Shown here in pieces: positions 28,228 through 37,799 of a stretch of 64,000 nt of DNA (positions are counted from its first letter, which is position 1; the number at the start of each line of letters is the position of its first letter). The stretch is taken from positions 288,001 to 352,000 of the forward strand of contig OZ254086.1 in the NCBI GenBank assembly GCA_965267575.1. The letters are read 5' to 3'. The DNA comes from Calditrichales bacterium (GTDB lineage: Bacteria; Calditrichota; Calditrichia; Calditrichales; J004). Both the position numbers and the translations under genes were made by a program. The notes beneath the pieces were generated by a model. That model made no database searches and was not told where the DNA came from. It worked only from the letters and a program-made list of their open reading frames with translations.

Positions 28228-30004
28228 GATGGAAGCGGTGCAGAAACATTTTAAAGGTCAGCAAGCTACTCATGATGGACACGTTTAGAGACTCTTCCAT
28301 CAACTGTTTCTCTAATACATCACGTTCAAATAAGTCGAAAAACAATGTATGCGGCTGAAGCAAAACTTCATTTACAAAATCCGCGTGCATCGAAAAGAAA
28401 AGATCGTAATTGCTTACAAAACGGCGCAATGTCAATTTCTTATGGATAGTTTCCGGCAAATATGAAAGTGCTTTTTCCCAGGCCATGGGTCCATAGCGCC
28501 AAAACGTAAAACCGCGATACGGTGCCGGCAGACCCATATTTTCCAAACCGAAATTTTTCAATTCCGGCCAAAAATCACTGATCATCCGGCGATAAATGAG
28601 CTGTCGTTTTTTGCTTTTATCATCCAGGCGGTTTAGTTCCAAAACAGAGCGATCGCTTAAAAAAGGATGTTCAAAATGTATATAACGGGTTTGTACGGCC
28701 GCGGCTGCACTATATTTATGTACGCTGATCTGGTCGCGATAGAAAGCATCGATGGTCTGGCCGATATCGCTCAAAGCAAGCTTTTGTTGTAAGAACTCTT
28801 CCAACTCAGGCAGGCAGGCTTGTTTCATTTTTTGGGCGATTGTCTTACTGGTAACAGTGCTTTTTTCCAGTCCCGTGCTAAACCAGGGCAAAAATTGCGG
28901 TGCCAGGGGAACTCGCATGTCAATAAAGCGGGCAGCGCCTTTCATTACCTGCCTGCGGTAGAGCGCACCGCCATGGCTGTCAAGGATCGTATTTGCGTTT
29001 TTGGCCACAGTTCGCCAGGTATGCAGGGCATGGGCCAATGCGGCAGGCAAGAGGCCTTCACCTTCTTCCACCGTTTGTTGCCATAACATTGGCAAACTGT
29101 CAAGCAATGCCTCGTCAAAAGGGATCGTCAGGTGTTCAAGCCCAAAGCGCCTGCATATTTTTGCAGCTATTGTCATATCGCGCGAATCCTTTAAACCATG
29201 CGTATGAGCCAATGCCCGGTGCTGCATACCACAATGCTTCAAAATGGCCCATGTCACACGGCTATCGTATCCCCCCGTCAAAGCGCTCGCGACCTTCTTA
29301 GCGTTTTTTGCTTTTCCTTGAACCGAGCATCTTAAATCATCACGAATAATCTGGTAAACATTTGAAAATGATTGCTTTTCCCTTTTCTGCGTATATGATC
29401 GATACCCGATCAACCGGAGCCCTTCGACATCAAAGCTTAACAGGGTTGCACCGGGAATACGCCTAATGTCGCGATAAAATGTCCGTCCGTTTATCCCGAA
29501 GCCCAGCGTCAAATACTGAAGCAGTCCCGTTTCATCCCAATCGCTACCGCTCAAATTTTCTCGCAGAGGTTGAGAATAGCACGAAAAATACAGGGAGTTT
29601 TGGTTGACATTGTAATAAATCGGCAAGTTGCCAAATGGATCAGTAAACAGAAAAAGCCGGTCTTTTTGAATATTAAACAGAGCGCCACAAAAGCACCCGT
29701 TCAATCCGGCTAATGCTTCACTTGGCTTATGAGCGCCTGAAAGCCTTTTTATTAACTGAATCGTATTAAGTTGTCGATGCTGTTCGTCGTAAGCGGCGCC
29801 ATACACAGCAATCGCAAATCGGCCGTCAACGCTTTTTATCAACTCACCATAATTGAGTCGTGAAAGGCCGAGACAAGTTTTTCTTTCTTTAAATGTTTCA
29901 AAGGACAAAATATGCTTTGGCGGCAAGCTCATTTCGTATTGTTTAAGCAGGTCGGCTTTTCCTGCCCGACTCTCTTTTTCATACCAGCCAAATAATCCGT
30001 TCAT
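28217..30004 (-). CDS. asparagine synthase-related protein
   Basis: Start MNGLFGW; DPFGNLPIYY GATase-II-like motif; PP-loop LTGGYDSR. Confidence 0.75.
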   Translation of the reverse strand: MNGLFGWYEKESRAGKADLLKQYEMSLPPKHILSFETFKERKTCLGLSRLNYGELIKSVDGRFAIAVYGAAYDEQHRQLNTIQLIKRLSGAHKPSEALAGLNGCFCGALFNIQKDRLFLFTDPFGNLPIYYNVNQNSLYFSCYSQPLRENLSGSDWDETGLLQYLTLGFGINGRTFYRDIRRIPGATLLSFDVEGLRLIGYRSYTQKREKQSFSNVYQIIRDDLRCSVQGKAKNAKKVASALTGGYDSRVTWAILKHCGMQHRALAHTHGLKDSRDMTIAAKICRRFGLEHLTIPFDEALLDSLPMLWQQTVEEGEGLLPAALAHALHTWRTVAKNANTILDSHGGALYRRQVMKGAARFIDMRVPLAPQFLPWFSTGLEKSTVTSKTIAQKMKQACLPELEEFLQQKLALSDIGQTIDAFYRDQISVHKYSAAAAVQTRYIHFEHPFLSDRSVLELNRLDDKSKKRQLIYRRMISDFWPELKNFGLENMGLPAPYRGFTFWRYGPMAWEKALSYLPETIHKKLTLRRFVSNYDLFFSMHADFVNEVLLQPHTLFFDLFERDVLEKQLMEESLNVSIMSSLLTFKMFLHRFHPTA

Positions 30005-30073
30005 TAGCGCTCCCACATTATGGAAATAATCTAAACCATTTAATATTTTTATCCAGCACAAAAAGGACGGGTT

Positions 30074-31348
30074 ATGCAAAATATTTTCGACAGGGCCTAC
30101 GCCGAAAAACGTGATAATGAAGATCCGCTGGCGCCGTTCCGGCGTCGTTTTTTTCACGGCGAGGAGAAGCTGATCTACCTGGACGGCAACAGTCTGGGGC
30201 GCATGCCTTTGGAGGCCCATCGCAGGCTGCAGCAGGTGGCCGGTATCGAATGGGCCGAACGGCTGATCCGTGGCTGGAATGAAGGCTGGATCGACCTTCC
30301 GCAACGCACGGCGGCAAAAATCGCAAAGCTTGTTGGCGCACAGGAGAACGAGGTGCTGGTGGCCGATTCCACGTCGGTTAACCTTTACAAATTGATCGTG
30401 GCTGCGCTGGGTCTGCAAAAGGGTCGTCACAAAATCGTGAGTGATACGCTCAACTTTCCTTCCGATCTGTATGTGTTACAGGGCGCCGCGGAAACGCTGA
30501 ACGCCGGGCATACAATCCACCTTGTTGACTCGAAAGACGGACTTTCCGTTGATAGCCGCGCGGTGGTAGAAGCTTTGGATGAAGACACGGCTCTACTTAC
30601 GCTGAGCCACGTGGCCTTCAAAAGCGCTTTCCGGCATGATATGCAAAAGCTAACCGAAGCAGCCCATCGAAAAGGAGTCCTCGTGCTTTGGGATCTCAGC
30701 CATTCGGCCGGTGCTGTGCCCGTCGATTTAAATGGCTGTAATACCGATATGGCCGTGGGCTGCACCTATAAATACCTGAACGGCGGACCGGGTGCGCCGG
30801 CGTTTCTTTTTGTGCGACACGATCTGCAGGAAAAAATACTGTCGCCGATTTGGGGTTGGTTTGGAGATGCCCGTCCGTTTGCCTTTGAACGGGATTACAA
30901 GCCTGCACCAGGCATCGATCGGTTTGCCGCCGGAACACCTGGCATACTCAGCTTATGCACGGTAGAAACAGCGGTCGATATTATTCTGGAAGCAGGCATA
31001 AAAAATATCTGGCGGAAAGCAAAGCTGCAGATGGAATACGCACGTGCATTATGCGAAGAATGGTTAATAAAAGAGGGCTTTGAAATCGCCACGGCAGCGG
31101 ACCACCATGGCTCGCACCTGGCATTGCGCCACAAAGAAGGTTACCGCATCAACAAAGCGATGATCGATGGGCTGGGCGGGGAGTACAGGTTTATACCGGA
31201 TTTTCGGGAACCGGACATTATTCGTCTGGGGATTGCGCCGCTTTATACACGCTTTAGCGACATATATCTGGCCATCAGTCAGATAAAAACGATCGTTACA
31301 AAAAAGCTTTATGAACAGATTGACGGCCGGCGCGATACGGTTACCTGA
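30074..31348 (+). CDS. kynU: kynureninase
   Basis: YLDGNSLG, WDLSHSAG, GCTYKYLNGGPG. Confidence 0.93.
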   Translation: MQNIFDRAYAEKRDNEDPLAPFRRRFFHGEEKLIYLDGNSLGRMPLEAHRRLQQVAGIEWAERLIRGWNEGWIDLPQRTAAKIAKLVGAQENEVLVADSTSVNLYKLIVAALGLQKGRHKIVSDTLNFPSDLYVLQGAAETLNAGHTIHLVDSKDGLSVDSRAVVEALDEDTALLTLSHVAFKSAFRHDMQKLTEAAHRKGVLVLWDLSHSAGAVPVDLNGCNTDMAVGCTYKYLNGGPGAPAFLFVRHDLQEKILSPIWGWFGDARPFAFERDYKPAPGIDRFAAGTPGILSLCTVETAVDIILEAGIKNIWRKAKLQMEYARALCEEWLIKEGFEIATAADHHGSHLALRHKEGYRINKAMIDGLGGEYRFIPDFREPDIIRLGIAPLYTRFSDIYLAISQIKTIVTKKLYEQIDGRRDTVT

Positions 31349-31350
31349 GA

Positions 31351-32514
31351 TCAGCTGTATTGCAGATCTTCTGCTTTTGCCTCAACGATGATTTTGATTT
31401 TTCCGGTGATGAAACCTGCCTCATAAAAATTGCGCAGACGCATCTTCTGGATCGGCGTTATTTCCTGGTTCTCCGGTATCAGCAGTGACCCCTTGTTGGT
31501 GTAAACATCCTGTGCCAGGACCATACCTTCCTGAATCTCGTCAACAGTAACGACGTGGGCACGCTTTTCAACATCGTTATTCATCACAACAGCCTTCAGC
31601 GCGCTTAACACATCCGGGTCGTACCAGTAACTCTGGAACTGCATGGCCTGGAAAGCCTGCTTTTCATTTTTTCCGGTAGCCAGCTGCGAATCAAAGTCAT
31701 CGGCTACTTTAAGAATGCGGGCAATCAACGGCATTTCTTTGCCTTGCAGCGGCATGTTGCTCTTTTCCCGCGCGAAAGGCTGCTCGGCGTACAGTAAAAT
31801 ATTGGAGATCTCTTCCAGACGCGGTATGTTGCCCAAAAGCTCCAGTGCCGTTTTATGCTGCTTGTTAAGCAACAGCCGATCGTTATTGAGCAGCGGTGTG
31901 CCGGCCAGCTTTTTGTCCAGCAAATCTTTGGGCACCGCCAGGAAAGCAATCTGTGACATCATCGCTGAAACATCCATTCTCCAGTCTTTGGGTGCTTTCA
32001 TGCGGCGGGCGATCTTATTCACCATATTACGGATGCGGATGGCACGGTTGAAGGCATCGGGATTAACGATGGACAGAATATCCACGATCATTTTGATGCT
32101 GCCCTTAAGCGTCTGTTCCAGCAGCGTCTTTTCCGCGGTGATCAGTTCGTATTGGCGGATGGCGTCATTTAGCACATTTTCCAGCATTTCGGCGGGAGCC
32201 GGTTTGGTCAGAAAGCGATAGATATGCCCGTCATTCACCGCCGCTATGGCATCCTGAAAATCGGCCTGGCCGGTTAGCAAAACGCGCACGGTTTCAGGCG
32301 CCATCCCACGCGCTTTGGCCAGGAACTGCGCGCCGTTCATCCCAGGCATACGCATATCGGAAACAATAACCGGAAAGGGTCCTTTTTCTTCAATAACCTT
32401 TAAACCTTCGTCACCGCTCAAAGCGGTATGTACTCTGAACGATTGGCGCAGACTTCTTTTTATACCCTGTAACAGGTTGGCATCATCGTCTACAAATAAT
32501 ACATTCTTGTTCAA
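31351..32514 (-). CDS. response regulator with degenerate HD-GYP-like domain
   Basis: REC motifs VDDD, SDMRMP, KP; IARILKVADDFD; TTG start with GGAGG RBS overlapping the upstream stop. Confidence 0.82.
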   Translation of the reverse strand: MNKNVLFVDDDANLLQGIKRSLRQSFRVHTALSGDEGLKVIEEKGPFPVIVSDMRMPGMNGAQFLAKARGMAPETVRVLLTGQADFQDAIAAVNDGHIYRFLTKPAPAEMLENVLNDAIRQYELITAEKTLLEQTLKGSIKMIVDILSIVNPDAFNRAIRIRNMVNKIARRMKAPKDWRMDVSAMMSQIAFLAVPKDLLDKKLAGTPLLNNDRLLLNKQHKTALELLGNIPRLEEISNILLYAEQPFAREKSNMPLQGKEMPLIARILKVADDFDSQLATGKNEKQAFQAMQFQSYWYDPDVLSALKAVVMNNDVEKRAHVVTVDEIQEGMVLAQDVYTNKGSLLIPENQEITPIQKMRLRNFYEAGFITGKIKIIVEAKAEDLQYS

Positions 32515-33728
32515 GATTCGATTTCCTCCGGGTTGGCATTCATACATAATTCAATCCACTGCTCCAGGCGGTCGTGTTTCCCGGTACCGCTTAAATAGTC
32601 ATGATTAAGCCGTTGCGCACATTCCTGTGCCTCAAGCTCATCTTTGCAGTAGCTGATCGCGCTGGCCACGTAAACGGCCGTCAGCGGCCCAAACGTGCCA
32701 TGAAAACATTTTGAAGGCTCATGATGAAAAGCCAGAGCCTCCACAATATGATTGGGGAAACCCCACAAACCGATCAGGTAAGCACCTACATGCGCATGGT
32801 CGGCGCCGAACACGTCTTTTTCCGCCAGCCAGATATCGCGACCGTTTTGCTGAACATCTCTCATCACCTCGCTGTATTTTTCCGGCAGATGCTCGGCCAG
32901 AACCAGCTTTCCCGCATCATGGATCATGCCGGCAATAAAGGCGCTGCCGGCAAGCAGCTTGTCATTACTTTCCGCTTCTACAATCAGCTTTGCAAAATGG
33001 GCTGTTTTCAGGCTGTGGCTGAAAATGGCGTCAAAAGAGAGGCCGTGGGCTTTTTTCTGGTCAAACTGTGAAAACAACTGTACCGATAAAACGAGGCTTT
33101 TTATAATGTCCAGCCCAAGATAGCTCACCGCCTCCGCGGCTGTGTTTATCTTGCGCGAAATACCGAAATAAGCCGAATTCACAACTTTGAGAATTTTCAG
33201 CGTCATCCCGATGTCTTTGGAAATTATTTTACCGATCGTATGGATCGAAACGTCGGGATCTTTGATGGCATCCATAAGCTCCATAAACAGACGCGGGGCG
33301 CTGGGCAACTGCCTAACCTGCGAGGTCAACCGCCGCAGGTTCTCGTCCGCCAAGTAATCGCGCAGCTTAAAGGCGCGGTCCAGGATAAGCTTCAGCGAAT
33401 CCGTATCGCAGGGTTTGCTCAGATACTGGTGCGAAGGCCCGATGGTTTTAAGGATATCTTCCTGGTCGGCCTGTCCGGAAAGAATAATCCGGACGGTTTC
33501 GGGATAGGTATTGGAAATGCTACGCAAAAGCTCGGCGCCATTCATGTTGGGCATACGCATATCCGATACGACAGCATCGAACGGTTTTTGCTGTAAAACA
33601 GCCAGCGCATCTTTTCCGCTTTCCACAAAATGCATATCCCACTTGTGGCGCATCGGCCGGAAGGTACGCTTAAGGCCTTCCAGCGTGTTGGGCTCGTCGT
33701 CCACAAAAAGAATCGACAAATTGCTCAT
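32511..33728 (-). CDS. response regulator with HDOD domain
   Basis: REC plus KILKVVNSAYFG, HDAGKL, DHAHVGAYL..WGFP. Confidence 0.88.
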   Translation of the reverse strand: MSNLSILFVDDEPNTLEGLKRTFRPMRHKWDMHFVESGKDALAVLQQKPFDAVVSDMRMPNMNGAELLRSISNTYPETVRIILSGQADQEDILKTIGPSHQYLSKPCDTDSLKLILDRAFKLRDYLADENLRRLTSQVRQLPSAPRLFMELMDAIKDPDVSIHTIGKIISKDIGMTLKILKVVNSAYFGISRKINTAAEAVSYLGLDIIKSLVLSVQLFSQFDQKKAHGLSFDAIFSHSLKTAHFAKLIVEAESNDKLLAGSAFIAGMIHDAGKLVLAEHLPEKYSEVMRDVQQNGRDIWLAEKDVFGADHAHVGAYLIGLWGFPNHIVEALAFHHEPSKCFHGTFGPLTAVYVASAISYCKDELEAQECAQRLNHDYLSGTGKHDRLEQWIELCMNANPEEIES

Positions 33729-34943
33729 TTACTTTCCTTCCAGTGGTAAACGAATTACAAAAGTAGATCCGGCACCCACCTTTGAATTGACCGTTAACTC
33801 ACCGCTATGTTTTTTTACAATAACATTATAGGAAATCGCCAGACCCTGGCCGGAACCACGGCCCACTTCCTTTGTCGTGAAAAAAGGGTTGAAAATTTTA
33901 TCCAGGTTTTGGACGGGAATGCCGCAGCCGTCATCGCTGATACGGATTTCAGCGTGCTTTCTTCTTACCGCGGTTTCAATGCGGATTTTCCCTTTTTCTT
34001 CCGACTTCTCGCCTTTTTTTGCGGCAATGGCATGGGCGGCGTTAACGATCATGTTTACAAATACCTGGTTCAGTTCGCCAATAAGCGCCGGTACGGGCGG
34101 CATATCATTCTTTAAATCCAGCTCCATATCTGCCACGTACTTCCATTCGTTGCGCGTAACGGTGACGGTATTTTCTATTGCCTTATTTATGTCGCTAAGC
34201 GTTTTTTCATTCGTACCCGGATGGGAAAACTCCTTCATTGCCTTTACGATATGGGCAACGCGATCCACGCCCTCCAGCGTCTGCTCAAGGGCAAGGGGTA
34301 TCTCTTCCATCAGGTAGCTCACATCCAGTTCTTCCCGCAAGGTTTCGATTTTTTCAACGGCGGCGGTGCAGTTTCCCTGCACGTCAAAATCCTCTTTTAG
34401 CCGGGTACAGGCGGAAATCAGTTTTGTCAGATCGCCAAAAGCATCCTTGATAAAACGCGTATTATCACCGACATATTGTATGGGCGTATTGATCTCGTGC
34501 GCTATGCCCGCTGCCAGTTCGCCAATTGATTCTAGCTTGCTGCTGGTATTAAGCTGGCTTTCAAGGTGTTTTTTCTGGGTAATATCCTGGGCCAGCAGAA
34601 AAAAGCCGTTATGGCCCTTGTCATCAATCTGCACCGGGTTGACCGTAACGATCAAGAAGCCGTCGGTGCCGGTAATGGCATTCTTAAAACGAATATCTTC
34701 CCAGCGCGTGGGCATGGCGAAATCGCGGCACTCATCAATGCGCGTTAATATTTCAACCCAGTTCCAGTCGATGCCGCAAGCCAGGAAAGGTTTTCCGATT
34801 GTTTTGCCGGCGGGAATTCCAAAAATATGTTCAGCCGCGGGATTCCAGCGCTGGATAATGTCATTTGCATCAACCCTGATCAGCGCTGAAGACAAGGAGG
34901 CAAGTAAAATGTCTAGTTCGTCAAAAGCCTGTGTAACAATCAT
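33729..34943 (-). CDS. PAS-domain histidine kinase
   Basis: WNPAAE PAS; AHEINTP H-box; NA, DDGCG, FFTTK, GQGL boxes. Confidence 0.92.
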   Translation of the reverse strand: MIVTQAFDELDILLASLSSALIRVDANDIIQRWNPAAEHIFGIPAGKTIGKPFLACGIDWNWVEILTRIDECRDFAMPTRWEDIRFKNAITGTDGFLIVTVNPVQIDDKGHNGFFLLAQDITQKKHLESQLNTSSKLESIGELAAGIAHEINTPIQYVGDNTRFIKDAFGDLTKLISACTRLKEDFDVQGNCTAAVEKIETLREELDVSYLMEEIPLALEQTLEGVDRVAHIVKAMKEFSHPGTNEKTLSDINKAIENTVTVTRNEWKYVADMELDLKNDMPPVPALIGELNQVFVNMIVNAAHAIAAKKGEKSEEKGKIRIETAVRRKHAEIRISDDGCGIPVQNLDKIFNPFFTTKEVGRGSGQGLAISYNVIVKKHSGELTVNSKVGAGSTFVIRLPLEGK

Positions 34944-35054
34944 AAAAGGCTGTCCTGTTTATAATTACTCCTTATAGGGTTATCGGACAGCCCGGATACA
35001 GATTAAAAGACACAAAAAAGTGTGTTAAGAATAGGCCAGATGTAGGTAAAATTC

Positions 35055-37592
35055 CTACTTGATATATATGAGTTTTTTGATTTGGGTAACCGGTGCCCGT
35101 GAACGGTCGTCGAATTGCATGTACAACCGGTAAAAGTAAACCCCTGCTGTTACATCCGAGCCGTGGGCGTCCACCGCATCCCAGCCAATGGTATAGCGCC
35201 CGGGATTTTGCTGGCGGTCAACAAGCTGGTTCAGACGATGTCCGAGGATATCGTAGATTTCCAGTTTTACACGTGCCAGCGCGGGTACCGTGTAGCTGAT
35301 TTGCGTGGTGGGGTTGAAAGGATTGGGCGATGCCGTCAATTCGACCATGTCGGGCAAAGACGCCGATGGTCTGGCTATAACCCGTGTCGGCAAAAGGCTG
35401 GTGATCCACTCGCTTATGACCGATGCCCCGGCGGTATCGACGCGGTTACTTGCCAGCGGCGGCATGCGGTATTCAGCCAGGTTGATCATGCGCAGATATA
35501 CGACGGAGCTGTCTGGGTGGCCGGGCTTGATCCGGTCCGCACCTTCCACGCCAAGGTCGCCTAACTCAGGCGTTTCGTTTATTGTATTGGTAGCTTCCAG
35601 CATGGTGGCGTAGCGCAGGTCCATGTTGCTGCGGCCGGTGCCCTCCGGCTGGTGGCAGTAAGCACAGTTGCTGGCCAGGTAGGAGCGCGCTCTTTTTTCC
35701 AGGGGCTCTTCCGGGTCAAACGGATTGGGCCATTTCGGGAAATCACTGTAATCTTCACCAATATCCATTGTAAACAAATCGATGTGATTGTAGCTGCGCA
35801 GTTGGTTATCGCTTACACCATTCTCGTACACATGTTGTTTGTTGATTTGGGCCGTGCGCACACCGAGCACATAACCGGCCGCAGGTGTATGGCACTTCGA
35901 ACACTCGTTGCGGCTGGGGTAGTAGTGGCTGTGCGTATAGGAACCGCCTTCCGCGCTGGAATCAATGATGGTGTAATCCTTGGTGAGGCTGGTTTCCAGC
36001 AAGGAGGCGTCGGTGCCCTCCTCGTTCCAGAGATAGCTGTAGCCGTCCCACAGCTCGCCTTCCGATTGCTTCACAAGAAAGCGCGTTTCAATCAGCTTTT
36101 TGCTTTCGGGATTACCGCGCTCCAACTCCAGGTAAAAATTCTTCACAATAATAGCTTCCTGGGGAAACTCCCAGTGACCGTCTTCCGAAAAAGCGATCTG
36201 CGTAGTGCCGGGCAGGGCCAGAACACGTTCCTTATCAGCGCCATCGGACCAGAAAGGTGAGTTTATGGAATAGGGTATCAGACCGGGCGAAAGCTCGCGG
36301 GTTTGCATATCTGTATATAAACCCGATTCGGAAATGGTCTGCGGAACTGATGATGTCGTATCACCAATGGCTTCCTGGATGAACTTATAAATCTCGCCGC
36401 TAAGACTGACAATGTAGAGTTCGCCCTCTTCGTCTTCGGCAAAACTGGCAATGGAGTTAGGCGCAGTCAGCACCTTTTCATTGCTCTTCACTTCTCCATC
36501 GCGATAGTCCAGCGCCCAGACACTGCGCGAAACATAATCGCCGTAAAAATAAATGCCGTAGAAATCCGTCAGGTCATCCCCGCGGTAGACGTAGCCCCCC
36601 GTGATGGACTGCCCCTCATCATGGTCGTATTCGACAATCGGATCGATCAGCGGCTCGCCGGTGTCCTGGCAGTCATCGGAATAATAATGGAATCCTTCGC
36701 GGTGGTTCCAGCCGTAGTTTTTGCCGCTTTCGATGATATTTACCTCTTCCCACTTGCTTTGGCCCACGTCCGCGGCCCACAGCGTACCACTCACTCGATC
36801 AAAACTGAAGCGCCAGGGGTTGCGCAATCCGTAAGCGTAAATCTCCTCACGCCATTCGTTCTGGTTATCCGCATAAGGATTGTCCTGCGGGATGGCGTAT
36901 TCCAGGTTGGCGTCTTTATTATTTACATCAATGCGCAAAATTGAGCCCAGCAGCGTTGTCCGGTCCTGCCCGTTGCAATCGGGGTCGCCGCCACTGCCAC
37001 CATCGCCCAGGGCGATATACAAATAGTCATCCTGCCCGAATGCGATCATGCCGCCATTGTGATTGCTGTAAGGCTGAGGTGTGGTAAGCAGCACGCGCTC
37101 GCTTTCGGGATCGGCGGAGTCGGGATTATTGGAAACGAGAAACTCTGAAATAATACTGATCAACGGGTCAGCGTCGATATTATAGTGTACATAAAATTTG
37201 CCATTTTCTTTAAAATCCGGATGAAATGCAAGACCGAGCAGGCCTGCTTCACTGGGACCGTCATCCACTTTTCCGCTTATATCAAGAAATTCGCTGGCTT
37301 CGCCTTCGGACACATCGGCTTTGTTGGGAAAAACAAGGATACGCCCTTCTTTAAGAACAACAAATAAACGATCGCTCCCATCCGAGGCATGGGTCATAAA
37401 AATGGGCCGGCGCAAGTCCAGGTCGGCGAAAACGCGCTCCACCTTTAGCTGCGTTTGCACATCGCCGCTGCTGCTGATGAGCAGCGAAGTATTGGCCACG
37501 CGCTCTTCCAGCCCGTATGGCTGTGCAGAAACACTGTTATATGAGAAAGATATAAAAAGAAATAGAATAAGGGCCGGTATCGTTTTTGTCAT
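35055..37592 (-). CDS. PQQ-dependent sugar dehydrogenase-like propeller + two c-type haem motifs + C-terminal sorting domain
   Basis: NHNGG, YGLRNPWRFSFD; CSKCH and CAYCH; SPNPFNPTT tail. Confidence 0.82.
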   Translation of the reverse strand: MTKTIPALILFLFISFSYNSVSAQPYGLEERVANTSLLISSSGDVQTQLKVERVFADLDLRRPIFMTHASDGSDRLFVVLKEGRILVFPNKADVSEGEASEFLDISGKVDDGPSEAGLLGLAFHPDFKENGKFYVHYNIDADPLISIISEFLVSNNPDSADPESERVLLTTPQPYSNHNGGMIAFGQDDYLYIALGDGGSGGDPDCNGQDRTTLLGSILRIDVNNKDANLEYAIPQDNPYADNQNEWREEIYAYGLRNPWRFSFDRVSGTLWAADVGQSKWEEVNIIESGKNYGWNHREGFHYYSDDCQDTGEPLIDPIVEYDHDEGQSITGGYVYRGDDLTDFYGIYFYGDYVSRSVWALDYRDGEVKSNEKVLTAPNSIASFAEDEEGELYIVSLSGEIYKFIQEAIGDTTSSVPQTISESGLYTDMQTRELSPGLIPYSINSPFWSDGADKERVLALPGTTQIAFSEDGHWEFPQEAIIVKNFYLELERGNPESKKLIETRFLVKQSEGELWDGYSYLWNEEGTDASLLETSLTKDYTIIDSSAEGGSYTHSHYYPSRNECSKCHTPAAGYVLGVRTAQINKQHVYENGVSDNQLRSYNHIDLFTMDIGEDYSDFPKWPNPFDPEEPLEKRARSYLASNCAYCHQPEGTGRSNMDLRYATMLEATNTINETPELGDLGVEGADRIKPGHPDSSVVYLRMINLAEYRMPPLASNRVDTAGASVISEWITSLLPTRVIARPSASLPDMVELTASPNPFNPTTQISYTVPALARVKLEIYDILGHRLNQLVDRQQNPGRYTIGWDAVDAHGSDVTAGVYFYRLYMQFDDRSRAPVTQIKKLIYIK

Positions 37593-37799
37593 ATATCCCC
37601 CTGATTGTTGTCCTTATCTTCGTAACAAAAAACATTCCATAAAAATTCGGGAAAGGAATTTGAGGAACAAAAGAATAGTGAAAGTGTACGTTGCAAATCA
37701 TCATAGCTCAACAACAATCCGCACAAAATAAAGCAAAGATTGTATTGCTAAACGAAAATGTCTATTATTGCACGTTTTATTTATAACGGAGGAACAAGG

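Noticed and set aside
28217-30004. Lasso peptide cluster
   Set aside because: No precursor, B1/B2 protein or dedicated exporter adjacent.
30005-30430. N-terminal 142 aa of the 737 aa minus-strand ORF
   Set aside because: Overlaps kynU antisense; the family-like start MNGLFG is at 30004.
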